A stretch of DNA of 64,000 bases from a virus. Under the pieces are notes generated by a model, which was not told where the DNA came from, made no database searches, and saw nothing but the letters and a program-made list of their open reading frames with translations. Positions within the stretch are counted from its first letter, which is position 1. Every line of letters starts with the position of its first letter. The position numbers and the translations under genes are program-made. Of this stretch, positions 1 through 8,724 are shown piece after piece. The stretch is taken from the IMG/VR virus record IMGVR_UViG_3300031963_000016, positions 1 through 64,000 of that record. One strand, written 5' to 3'.

Positions 1-2
1 TA

Positions 3-1508
3 GTTGATAATCTTAGTGAAACTAATTGGCTTAGTATGCTTGGTGGCGGTGTTGGCATTGGTTTTGGTATTCGTTCGGCAGATGATAAATCAACTGGAGT
101 TATGCCTCACCTCAAGATTTACGATGCGTCAAGTTTGGCTTATCGTCAAGGTCGCACTCGTCGTGGGAGCTATGCTGCTTATCTCGATATTTCCCATCCT
201 GATATTATTCCCTTCCTTGAGATGAGAAAACCAACAGGCGACCAAAACATGCGTTGCCTAAATTTACATCATGGAATTAATATTCCTGATGCATTTATGG
301 AACTAATTGAAAAGTGCATGATTGATCATGATGCAGATGATTCATGGGAGTTAAAAGATCCACATAGTGGTGAAATTCGTGAAGTAGTATCTGCACGTGA
401 ACTGTGGCAACGTATTCTTGAAATGCGTATGACAACTGGTGAACCATATCTACACTTTATTGATGAATCAAATCGCAAACTACCAGAATGGCTAAAAGAA
501 AAGGGTTTAAAGATTCATCAATCAAATCTTTGCTCAGAAATTATTTTACCAACAAACGAAGAAAGAACTGCTGTCTGCTGTTTATCTTCATTAAACTTGG
601 AGTATTATGATGACTGGAAAAATGACTCATTATTTTTACGTGACATTGCCGAGATGCTTGATAATGTCCTTCAGTATTTCATTGATAATGCTCCTGATGC
701 TATTGCTCGTGCAAAATATAGTGCAACCAGAGAGCGTTCTATTGGTATCGGTGCTCTTGGGTTCCATGCTTATCTACAAAGGAATAACATTCCTTGGGAA
801 TCTTCTATGGCAGTCGGAAGAAACAAGTCAATGTTTAAATACATTAGAGAGAGATTAGATGTTGCAAATAAAGAGTTGGGATCTGAGCGAGGTGAAGCAC
901 CTGATGCAGTGGGTACTGGGAATAGGTTTAGTCATCTTATGGCTATTGCTCCCAATGCTTCTTCTTCCATTCTTATGGGCAACACTAGTCCTAGCATTGA
1001 ACCTTATCGTGCCAATGCTTATCGCCAAGACACTTTATCGGGTTCTTTCTTAAATAAAAATCGTTATCTTGATAAAGTAATTAAAGAAAAATGTGAAACA
1101 GATGTCACAGCAACACTTGATTATAATGAAGTTTGGCGTTCCATTATTGCGAATGATGGTAGCGTTCAGCACATTGATTGGTTGGATGAATGGACAAAAG
1201 ATGTTTTCAAGACATCTATGGAAATTGACCAGCGTTGGGTCGTACAACATGCGGCAGATAGACAAGAACATATCGATCAAGCGCAATCATTAAACGTATT
1301 TTTCAGACCAGATTCACACATTAAGTATATTCATGCGGTGCATTTTATGGCATGGAAACTTGGGTTAAAAACAATGTATTATTGCCGTAGTGATAAAATT
1401 GCTAAGGCAGATAAAGTTGCTAAGCGAATTGAAAGAGAAGTTATCAAAGAGATCGATTTAACTGCACTCGCTACTGAAGAGGGTGCATGTCTAGCATGCG
1501 AGGGATAA
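3..1508 (+). CDS. nrdA: Ribonucleotide reductase class Ia alpha subunit (5' end outside window)
   Basis: QSNLCSEI, VCCLSSLNL and AIAPNASSS motifs, C-terminal CLACEG; frame open back to base 3. Confidence 0.97.
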   Translation, partial: VDNLSETNWLSMLGGGVGIGFGIRSADDKSTGVMPHLKIYDASSLAYRQGRTRRGSYAAYLDISHPDIIPFLEMRKPTGDQNMRCLNLHHGINIPDAFMELIEKCMIDHDADDSWELKDPHSGEIREVVSARELWQRILEMRMTTGEPYLHFIDESNRKLPEWLKEKGLKIHQSNLCSEIILPTNEERTAVCCLSSLNLEYYDDWKNDSLFLRDIAEMLDNVLQYFIDNAPDAIARAKYSATRERSIGIGALGFHAYLQRNNIPWESSMAVGRNKSMFKYIRERLDVANKELGSERGEAPDAVGTGNRFSHLMAIAPNASSSILMGNTSPSIEPYRANAYRQDTLSGSFLNKNRYLDKVIKEKCETDVTATLDYNEVWRSIIANDGSVQHIDWLDEWTKDVFKTSMEIDQRWVVQHAADRQEHIDQAQSLNVFFRPDSHIKYIHAVHFMAWKLGLKTMYYCRSDKIAKADKVAKRIEREVIKEIDLTALATEEGACLACEG

Positions 1509-1511
1509 GAA

Positions 1512-2501
1512 ATGATTAAAAAACATAGCAAGATGACGGATGAAAGAACATATTTTAAACCATTCAATTATCCATGGGCATATGAAGCATGGTTAAAACA
1601 TGAACAAGCGCATTGGCTACACACAGAAGTGCCAATGGCAGAAGATGTAAAGGATTGGAAAAAGAAACTAAGTAAAGATGAAAAAGAATTTCTCACAAAC
1701 ATCTTTCGTTTCTTTACGCAAGGTGATATTGACGTAGCTGGAGGATATGTAAAGAATTATCTACCACACTTTCCACAACCAGAAATTCGTATGATGTTAT
1801 CTGGTTTTGCAGCAAGAGAAGCATTACATATCGCTGCATACTCTCATTTGATTGAAACTCTAGGATTACCTGAGACAACATACAATCAGTTCCTTGAATA
1901 CCAGGCAATGCGAGATAAACACGATTATGTTATCGAGCAAAGTTCGAAGAATGGCACAGTTGAAAGCACTGCTGCGCACATCGCAATCTTCTCTGCATTC
2001 ACTGAAGGTATGCAGTTGTTCTCTTCATTCATTATGCTTTTGAACTTCCCACGTCATGGCATTATGAAAGGTATGGGACAGATCGTTACTTGGTCAATCG
2101 TTGATGAAACAATGCATGCTGAGTCAATGATGAAACTCTTTAAAGAATATATCAAAGAGAACCCAGAGATCTGGAATGATGAACTCAAAGGAAAGATCTA
2201 CACTATCGCTGAGAAGATGGTTGAACTCGAAGATAAGTTTATTGATCTAGCATTCCAGAGTGGTGACATGCGTGATCTAAAGGCAGAAGATGTTAAAGAG
2301 TATATTCGTTACATCGCAGATCGTCGTTTGATTGGTCTTGGTATGAAAGGTATTTTCAAGCGTAAAAAGAATCCTCTACCATGGGTTGAAGAAATGATCA
2401 ATGCACCAGTGCATGGCAACTTCTTTGAAAACAGAGTGACAGATTACGCAAAGGGTGCATTAACTGGTTCATGGGATGATGTATGGGGTAAAGCAGCATA
2501 A
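1512..2501 (+). CDS. nrdB: Ribonucleotide reductase beta subunit
   Basis: EALHIAAY, FTEGMQLFSSF and DETMH diiron motifs; adjacent to nrdA; no intron. Confidence 0.97.
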   Translation: MIKKHSKMTDERTYFKPFNYPWAYEAWLKHEQAHWLHTEVPMAEDVKDWKKKLSKDEKEFLTNIFRFFTQGDIDVAGGYVKNYLPHFPQPEIRMMLSGFAAREALHIAAYSHLIETLGLPETTYNQFLEYQAMRDKHDYVIEQSSKNGTVESTAAHIAIFSAFTEGMQLFSSFIMLLNFPRHGIMKGMGQIVTWSIVDETMHAESMMKLFKEYIKENPEIWNDELKGKIYTIAEKMVELEDKFIDLAFQSGDMRDLKAEDVKEYIRYIADRRLIGLGMKGIFKRKKNPLPWVEEMINAPVHGNFFENRVTDYAKGALTGSWDDVWGKAA

Positions 2502-2516
2502 AAGGAAACATATATT

Positions 2517-3536
2517 ATGAGAATTGAAGAAGATATTAAATTAGATTTTAAAGATGTTTTAATTCGCCCGAAACGATCAACATTAAATTCCAGAAAAGAA
2601 GTAACTCTAGAGAGGTCTTATACATTCAAGCATTCGGATTTAGAGTGGACTGGAATTCCTATTATGGCTTCAAATATGGATGGTGTGGGTACTTTTGAGA
2701 TGGCTCGTTCTTTATCGATGTGTGAATTATTTACAGTATTTAAAAAGTCTTACACTATTGCGGAGCACTTAGAAGGACTCAAAAATCTTAATTTTAATTA
2801 TTACGCTATCTCATGTGGTACCAGTGATACTGAGTTGTCTAAAGTAGAAATTATTATTCAAAATAATCCAGAGATTCAATTTATTTGTATTGATATTGCC
2901 AATGGTTACAGTGAACACTTTGGAGACTTTATTGAAAAAGTTAGAGAACAGTTTCCAACAAAAACTATCATAGCAGGTAATGTAGTAACTGCTGATATGA
3001 CGCAAGAGTTAATATTGCGTGGTGCCGATATAGTAAAGGTTGGTATTGGTCCAGGGTCAGTGTGTACTACTCGTGTTCAAACTGGTGTAGGATATCCACA
3101 ACTATCAGCAATCATTGAATGCGCTGATGCTGCACATGGTCTCGGAGCACATATCATTGCTGATGGAGGGTGTACCTGTCCTGGTGATGTAGCAAAAGCA
3201 TTTGGTGCAGGTGCTGACTTCGTAATGCTTGGTGGTATGTTTGCAGGTCATGACGAGGGTGGAGGCAAAATTGAAAATGGAAAAGTTACATTTTATGGTA
3301 TGAGTTCAGATACAGCAATGGAAAAACATCATGGTGGAGTTGCTGACTATCGCTCATCCGAAGGTCGCACAGTTGAAGTAACATATCGTGGTGCTGTACA
3401 AAATACAATTAAAGATTTACTTGGAGGTTTAAGATCAACTTGCACTTATGTTGGTGCATCATGTCTTAAACAATTACCAAAATGCACTACTTTTATTCGT
3501 GTAAATAGACAAATTAATGATGTGTTTTTAAAGTAA
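2517..3536 (+). CDS. guaC: GMP reductase
   Basis: [21 protein letters not shown] start, [35 protein letters not shown]. Confidence 0.95.
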   Translation: MRIEEDIKLDFKDVLIRPKRSTLNSRKEVTLERSYTFKHSDLEWTGIPIMASNMDGVGTFEMARSLSMCELFTVFKKSYTIAEHLEGLKNLNFNYYAISCGTSDTELSKVEIIIQNNPEIQFICIDIANGYSEHFGDFIEKVREQFPTKTIIAGNVVTADMTQELILRGADIVKVGIGPGSVCTTRVQTGVGYPQLSAIIECADAAHGLGAHIIADGGCTCPGDVAKAFGAGADFVMLGGMFAGHDEGGGKIENGKVTFYGMSSDTAMEKHHGGVADYRSSEGRTVEVTYRGAVQNTIKDLLGGLRSTCTYVGASCLKQLPKCTTFIRVNRQINDVFLK

Positions 3537-3546
3537 AGGAAACTAT

Positions 3547-4218
3547 ATGAACGTAAATTTAACAGCAGCAGAAAGTTTAAATACAGCCGTAGCTGGAGTG
3601 ATCAGCAGAATGGCAATTGGTATTTTTTCTACGTTATTTTTTGCAGCAATTATTCAAAGTCTTGGTTTAGTTCCAGTATTATTCAGTGGAGTTTTAGGAT
3701 ACGTGATAATCTTCGCACCACTCGTTATGAGTTTGTTCCTTGCTTGGAAAGGCGCAGATATGTCAGCAGAAACTATTAAATTATGGTTCTTCGCTTTTGC
3801 GGCAACCATGGGATTAAGTCTAAGTTTAATCTTTCAAATTTATACAGGTGCTAGCATTGCTATGTCTTTGGTTGGTACGACAGTAAGTTTTGGTGCTCTT
3901 GCTGGTTGGGGGTATTTTACTAAGAAAGACATTTCTGGCTGGGGATCGTTTTTGTTCGCTGGTGTGATTGGATTGATTGTCGCTGGAGTTGTTAACATTT
4001 TTGTGGCATCAACTGCATTACAAATGACTCTTAATGTTTTATGTATTTTAATTTTCTTAGGACTTACAGCATATGACATGAATCGTATTCGTGATTTGTT
4101 CTGGAGTGCAAATGAAAATGAAATTGAACGTATGCAGTGGTTTGGTGCTCTAAGTTTGTACATTAATTTTATTAACATCTTTATTAGCATGTTGCAATTA
4201 TTTGGTAATAAAGAATAA
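3547..4218 (+). CDS. Bax inhibitor-1/YccA family membrane protein
   Basis: About 7 TM helices; AYDMNRI and ALSLYINFINIFISMLQLFG C-terminal signature. Confidence 0.88.
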   Translation: MNVNLTAAESLNTAVAGVISRMAIGIFSTLFFAAIIQSLGLVPVLFSGVLGYVIIFAPLVMSLFLAWKGADMSAETIKLWFFAFAATMGLSLSLIFQIYTGASIAMSLVGTTVSFGALAGWGYFTKKDISGWGSFLFAGVIGLIVAGVVNIFVASTALQMTLNVLCILIFLGLTAYDMNRIRDLFWSANENEIERMQWFGALSLYINFINIFISMLQLFGNKE

Positions 4219-4221
4219 TTA

Positions 4222-4854
4222 ATGGCACATATAGTAGCAAATCTTCCACCTGTAAATTGTTTTGTTCGCAGAGAGTTTCTCTATAACTTTGAAAAAGGTC
4301 ATGAGGAACTTGAACCTTGCTGGTGGATAAGTATTAAGTCTTTACGAAGCCAAGCATTTCGTATTGAATGTTATCTTAATCATTATGGTGCACTATACGA
4401 TAAACTCCCTTTACATGCTTACTGTTGGAAACCGATTGAGGGAGATCCATATCCATTAGACTTTCTACAGCTATGGAACAGTATGTCTTATGACATAACT
4501 GTGATTAAAAAAGCCATGATAGCTAACATGAGATGTAGAATAAAAATGAAAGATGGTTCATGGGCAGAGGGAGAATATCTTTTTACTGTAGATTCTGCGC
4601 ATACAGATTTTAATACAATTGATTGTGGTCATAGCGAAGATGTTGAAGATCACAAATCTTTTAATTTTATCAAATTAGATAATGGACAATTCGCAGCACA
4701 ACCAAACAATCGTGTTCTAATTTTAGAACCAGCGAGTAATCCTAAAGAAATGAAAATACCTGATTTTCATGTAGCCACTACTAGATGGAATGTTGAGATG
4801 GATCCAAAATGGGACTACGGACTACCAGAAAACAAGTGGAGAATGAATGATTAG
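4222..4854 (+). CDS. Hypothetical protein
   Basis: 210-aa ORF in operon with typical codon usage. Confidence 0.75.
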   Translation: MAHIVANLPPVNCFVRREFLYNFEKGHEELEPCWWISIKSLRSQAFRIECYLNHYGALYDKLPLHAYCWKPIEGDPYPLDFLQLWNSMSYDITVIKKAMIANMRCRIKMKDGSWAEGEYLFTVDSAHTDFNTIDCGHSEDVEDHKSFNFIKLDNGQFAAQPNNRVLILEPASNPKEMKIPDFHVATTRWNVEMDPKWDYGLPENKWRMND

Positions 4855-5560
4855 TTTAATTTACTTATTGGTGATGACACACATCACCATTGTTTGTGTT
4901 ACTCTTTATTTACATAGAGGACAAACACATAGGGGTATAGTGTTTCACCCAGCATTAGAACACTTTATGAGATTTTGGTTGTGGTTAACAACTGGTATGA
5001 TTACTAAACAATGGGTTGCTATACATCGTAAACACCATCAGTTGTGTGAAAAAGAAGGTGATCCACACTCACCTCATGTGTATGGTATATGGAAAGTTTT
5101 ATTTGGAGGAGCGATTTTATATGCAAATGCATCAAATGATAAAAAGATGGTGGAACAATATGGAGTTGGTACTCCAGATGATTGGATCGAGAGAAATTTA
5201 TACTCAAGATACAGTAAAGTAGGATTTACACTTTTACTTATTTTAAATGTAATAATGTTTAATGGATGGGGGATTGTTCTTTGGTTAATACAAATGATAT
5301 GGATCCCGTTCTGGGCAGCTGGTGTAATAAATGGTCTGGGACATTGGTGGGGATACCGCAATACTGATACAAAAGATCGTTCAAAGAATATTTCTATTTT
5401 TGGAATTATAATAGGTGGTGAAGAGTTTCATAATAATCACCACGCAGAACCAGCAAACCCAAAGTTGAGTAGAAAGTGGTGGGAATTCGACATAGGTTGG
5501 ATGTGGTTCAAAATATTAAATCGATTTGGACTAGCATGGGAAAGAAAAGATGACAACTAA
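4847..5560 (+). CDS. Membrane fatty acid (acyl-CoA delta-9 type) desaturase
   Basis: Three His boxes HRGQTH, HRKHH, HNNHH; GEEFHNNHH and WWEFDIGW motifs. Confidence 0.92.
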   Translation: MISLIYLLVMTHITIVCVTLYLHRGQTHRGIVFHPALEHFMRFWLWLTTGMITKQWVAIHRKHHQLCEKEGDPHSPHVYGIWKVLFGGAILYANASNDKKMVEQYGVGTPDDWIERNLYSRYSKVGFTLLLILNVIMFNGWGIVLWLIQMIWIPFWAAGVINGLGHWWGYRNTDTKDRSKNISIFGIIIGGEEFHNNHHAEPANPKLSRKWWEFDIGWMWFKILNRFGLAWERKDDN

Positions 5561-5702
5561 ATACTTTGAGTGTAATGAATGTGGAGCGAGAGGCAAGATT
5601 ATCCTCAAAGGCGAAGAACATGCTGCAGAAGACTGTGTATATTGTCCAGTGTGTTCAGCAGATATCTATGAAGAAGAGGATGATTTTGATGATGACGAAT
5701 GA
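5550..5702 (+). CDS. Small zinc-ribbon protein with acidic tail (not in ORF track)
   Basis: MTTKYFECNECGARG...YCPVCSADIYEEEDDFDDDE; overlaps both neighbours. Confidence 0.75.
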   Translation: MTTKYFECNECGARGKIILKGEEHAAEDCVYCPVCSADIYEEEDDFDDDE

Positions 5703-6127
5703 GTTGGTATTATCAAAACAAACCATTAACAGAACTTCCTGAAGATTGCGTGGGATTCGTTTATCTTATTACGAACCTAACAAACAATCGTAAATATGTA
5801 GGAAAGAAACTGTCTAAGTTTTCAAAAACTACTTATAAAACAATCAAGAAAAAAGACGGAACTAAAAAGAAAAAACGTATACGTTCTAAAATTGACTCTG
5901 ATTGGTTAAATTATTTTGGTTCGTCTATAGAACTAAATAAAGATGTAGAATTACTCGGTGAGGGAAACTTCACTCGAGAAATTTTGTACTTCTGCAAATC
6001 AAAAGCAGAGTGCTCTTATATTGAAGCAAGAGAACAATTTGCTAGAAAGGTACTAGAAAGCACTGAATACTATAATAATAACATTATGTGTCGTATTCAT
6101 GGCTCGCATATTCTAAACAAACTATGA
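5699..6127 (+). CDS. GIY-YIG endonuclease (T4 endonuclease II-like)
   Basis: GFVYLITNLTNNRKYVGKK, W..YFGSS, FTREIL motifs. Confidence 0.8.
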   Translation: MSWYYQNKPLTELPEDCVGFVYLITNLTNNRKYVGKKLSKFSKTTYKTIKKKDGTKKKKRIRSKIDSDWLNYFGSSIELNKDVELLGEGNFTREILYFCKSKAECSYIEAREQFARKVLESTEYYNNNIMCRIHGSHILNKL

Positions 6128-7266
6128 CTTATCTACTTTTTGCTGTAGCACTGTCATTATCCGCTGTAGCTGCTTGGTATGCAGTTGCGGGGCTTATTGC
6201 TATCTTTGCTGCTGCAGCAATACCAATTGCCATTATGGGTTCTTTGCTAGAAGCATCGAAACTTGTAGTAGCATCATGGCTTTATAGATCTTGGAGAGAA
6301 ATACCAAGATTTATGAAGTCATATTTTACGATTGCCCTAATTGTTTTAATGTTACTCACCTCGATGGGCATCTTCGGTTTCTTATCAAAAGCACACCTAG
6401 ACCAAGCAATTCCTACAGGAGATGTTCAGGCTAAGTTGTCTTTAATTGATGAGAGAATTAAAACAGAAAAGGAGAATATAAATGCAGCCCGTAAAGCAAT
6501 TGCTCAATTGGATCAGCAAGTTGATCAAACCATCGCAAGAACAGAAGACGCCAGAGGTGCAGAGCGTTCCATCGCCATCCGTAGAGGACAGCAAACCGAA
6601 CGAACCAAACTCCTCAACGAAATCGGTGCAGCGCAAACCAAGATCGCCAAGTACCAAGAAGAACGTGCACCCATCGCAGCCGAAGTCCGTAAAGTCGAAG
6701 CAGAAGTAGGACCAATTAAATATATTGCAGCACTAATTTATGGTGATAACCCAGAGACAGATGTCTTAGAAAAAGCAGTTCGCTGGGTTATTATCATGAT
6801 TGTGCTAGTATTTGATCCTCTGGCAGTTCTTATGTTAGTTGCTGCTAACTGGCAGTTAAGAAAAGACAACAATACTCTTCCACCATTTGTACAAAAAGAT
6901 TGGACATCTTTTTTCAAAAAAGAAAAAACAGAAGATTTTCCTGAAGAGAAAAATATTGTTGTTGAAGATAAGATAAACTTAGATGACACTATACAAACTA
7001 AACAAAATATAGAAACTTCTGATATTGAAATCCCAGAAATTAAAGTAGATGAACCTACAAAAGACTGGGAACCCCAGCTGTATGATAGAGTTAAGAAAAT
7101 TGAATACGACTCTGCTGGTAGAAGAATCACCCCACCATTAGATGACGAAATAAATCCATCTAAAACACAATCTTTTCTCAAAAAAGTTCAGGAATCTCTA
7201 CTTGGTGTTAAAACCATAGAAAAAGAGATAGAAGAACTTCAGGATAAACCTAAAAATCCTAAATAA
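6124..7266 (+). CDS. Membrane-anchored coiled-coil protein
   Basis: 3 N-terminal TM helices, long coiled coil, further TM (VFDPLAVLMLVAAN); start likely 6124. Confidence 0.75.
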   Translation: MTYLLFAVALSLSAVAAWYAVAGLIAIFAAAAIPIAIMGSLLEASKLVVASWLYRSWREIPRFMKSYFTIALIVLMLLTSMGIFGFLSKAHLDQAIPTGDVQAKLSLIDERIKTEKENINAARKAIAQLDQQVDQTIARTEDARGAERSIAIRRGQQTERTKLLNEIGAAQTKIAKYQEERAPIAAEVRKVEAEVGPIKYIAALIYGDNPETDVLEKAVRWVIIMIVLVFDPLAVLMLVAANWQLRKDNNTLPPFVQKDWTSFFKKEKTEDFPEEKNIVVEDKINLDDTIQTKQNIETSDIEIPEIKVDEPTKDWEPQLYDRVKKIEYDSAGRRITPPLDDEINPSKTQSFLKKVQESLLGVKTIEKEIEELQDKPKNPK

Positions 7267-7320
7267 CATTAGACTAATGAAGAATTAGTCACATTTCAAA
7301 AAACTAAAAAAGGTAGTAAA

Positions 7321-7830
7321 ATGACTAAAAAGTTACTCGTTGGAGTGCTTTTTGTCATGGTTTTGTCCCCTGCGATGGCACAACCCATCGTCACTGATTC
7401 GACTTCTAGAAGCACTTCTGAAACAACAGTAAAGAGCCCACCTCCAACTGCAGTGGCTCCAGCAATCACATCTATCAATAATGATGTCTGCGCAGTAGCA
7501 GCATCAGGAGCAGTACAAACGCAGATTCTTGGTATCTCTATGGGTGGTACAATGAGAGATATGAATTGCGAAAGAATCAAACTCTCAAAAAATTTATATG
7601 ACATGGGTATGAAAGTAGCTGCAGTTGCTACTCTATGCCAAGACGAACGTGTATTTGCTGCTATGTTAGCAGCAGGAACTCCATGCCCAATTGAGGGTAA
7701 AATTGGCGAAGCAGCGAAAGAAGAGTGGAAAAAGAGAGGTGTATTAGATAATGTCGATAAAAAAGCAGTTGGAAATTATGCAACTAAACCTCCAGTAATT
7801 GATTTAAGTAGACCTGAACAAAAAGATTAA
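7321..7830 (+). CDS. Secreted hypothetical protein
   Basis: Signal peptide ending AMA; four Cys. Confidence 0.75.
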   Translation: MTKKLLVGVLFVMVLSPAMAQPIVTDSTSRSTSETTVKSPPPTAVAPAITSINNDVCAVAASGAVQTQILGISMGGTMRDMNCERIKLSKNLYDMGMKVAAVATLCQDERVFAAMLAAGTPCPIEGKIGEAAKEEWKKRGVLDNVDKKAVGNYATKPPVIDLSRPEQKD

Positions 7831-7835
7831 TGTAA

Positions 7836-8273
7836 ATGGAAATACCTAAAGACATATCTGATAGTTTAGGTGCTTTAAAACAAGCCAAAAAACTTGGAGA
7901 TGACACTAGTAAATTTGTTGGAGAAATACAAAGTGATATGGAAAAATCTGTTCAAAACGAACAGAAGAAAAGAGTTCAAGAAAGACGTAATCAAGAACAA
8001 CTTTTAATCAATGCAGAATTGGCAGCTATACGTAAATTTGAAGAAGAATTGCAAAGAGAACAATTAGTAAAAAAATTAAAAACAGATTTAACATCAAAAC
8101 ATGGTAAAGATGCTTGGACTAAGGTTGAAAAATACAAGGTCGAGATACAAGAACAAAATAATCAAGATATGAAATTTATTAATAGAGATCGTCAGAAAGT
8201 CCAAGATTTATTATGGTATTGTATTGGTGTAGCTGCACTAATCACATATTTCTTTAAATTGTATAAGGTTTGA
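7836..8273 (+). CDS. Coiled-coil protein with C-terminal TM helix
   Basis: 145-aa ORF in operon. Confidence 0.7.
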   Translation: MEIPKDISDSLGALKQAKKLGDDTSKFVGEIQSDMEKSVQNEQKKRVQERRNQEQLLINAELAAIRKFEEELQREQLVKKLKTDLTSKHGKDAWTKVEKYKVEIQEQNNQDMKFINRDRQKVQDLLWYCIGVAALITYFFKLYKV

Positions 8274-8382
8274 TCGTGGCTAAACTTTTTGCTGCAGTTT
8301 GTGTAATAATTGGTTTAGTTGGTATTTGGCTAGAGCATCAAAGTACATCTATAAAACAGAATACAATATCAAAAGGTAAATA

Positions 8383-8724
8383 ATGAAAAACTTTTTATTC
8401 ATGTTAATGTTTTTTCCATTAGTATCTTTTGCACAAAAAGAGAACAATGCAACTTACCAGACTGTTTGCGTAAACTTGGCTGTATTGGAATCAACATTAC
8501 AAGAATTTGAAGAAATACCTTTTGTTAGAGGATTAAGTGATAGAGATCCTATAGGGATTGTTTCTCTTGTAATATTTGTAAATCCAAAAACAGGTTCTTG
8601 GACTATTGTTGAAAAAATAAAGACTGATCAATATTGTATTTTGGCAGTCGGTAATAATTTTGAAGCAGTTCCTAATAATTTAAAACAAGAACTACAACAA
8701 GAAAGAAAGCGTGACATACTGTGA
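8383..8724 (+). CDS. Secreted hypothetical protein
   Basis: Signal peptide ending SFA; two Cys. Confidence 0.7.
   Translation: MKNFLFMLMFFPLVSFAQKENNATYQTVCVNLAVLESTLQEFEEIPFVRGLSDRDPIGIVSLVIFVNPKTGSWTIVEKIKTDQYCILAVGNNFEAVPNNLKQELQQERKRDIL

Noticed and set aside
3-2501. Group I introns or inteins in nrdA/nrdB
   Set aside because: Both frames are continuous and of ordinary length.
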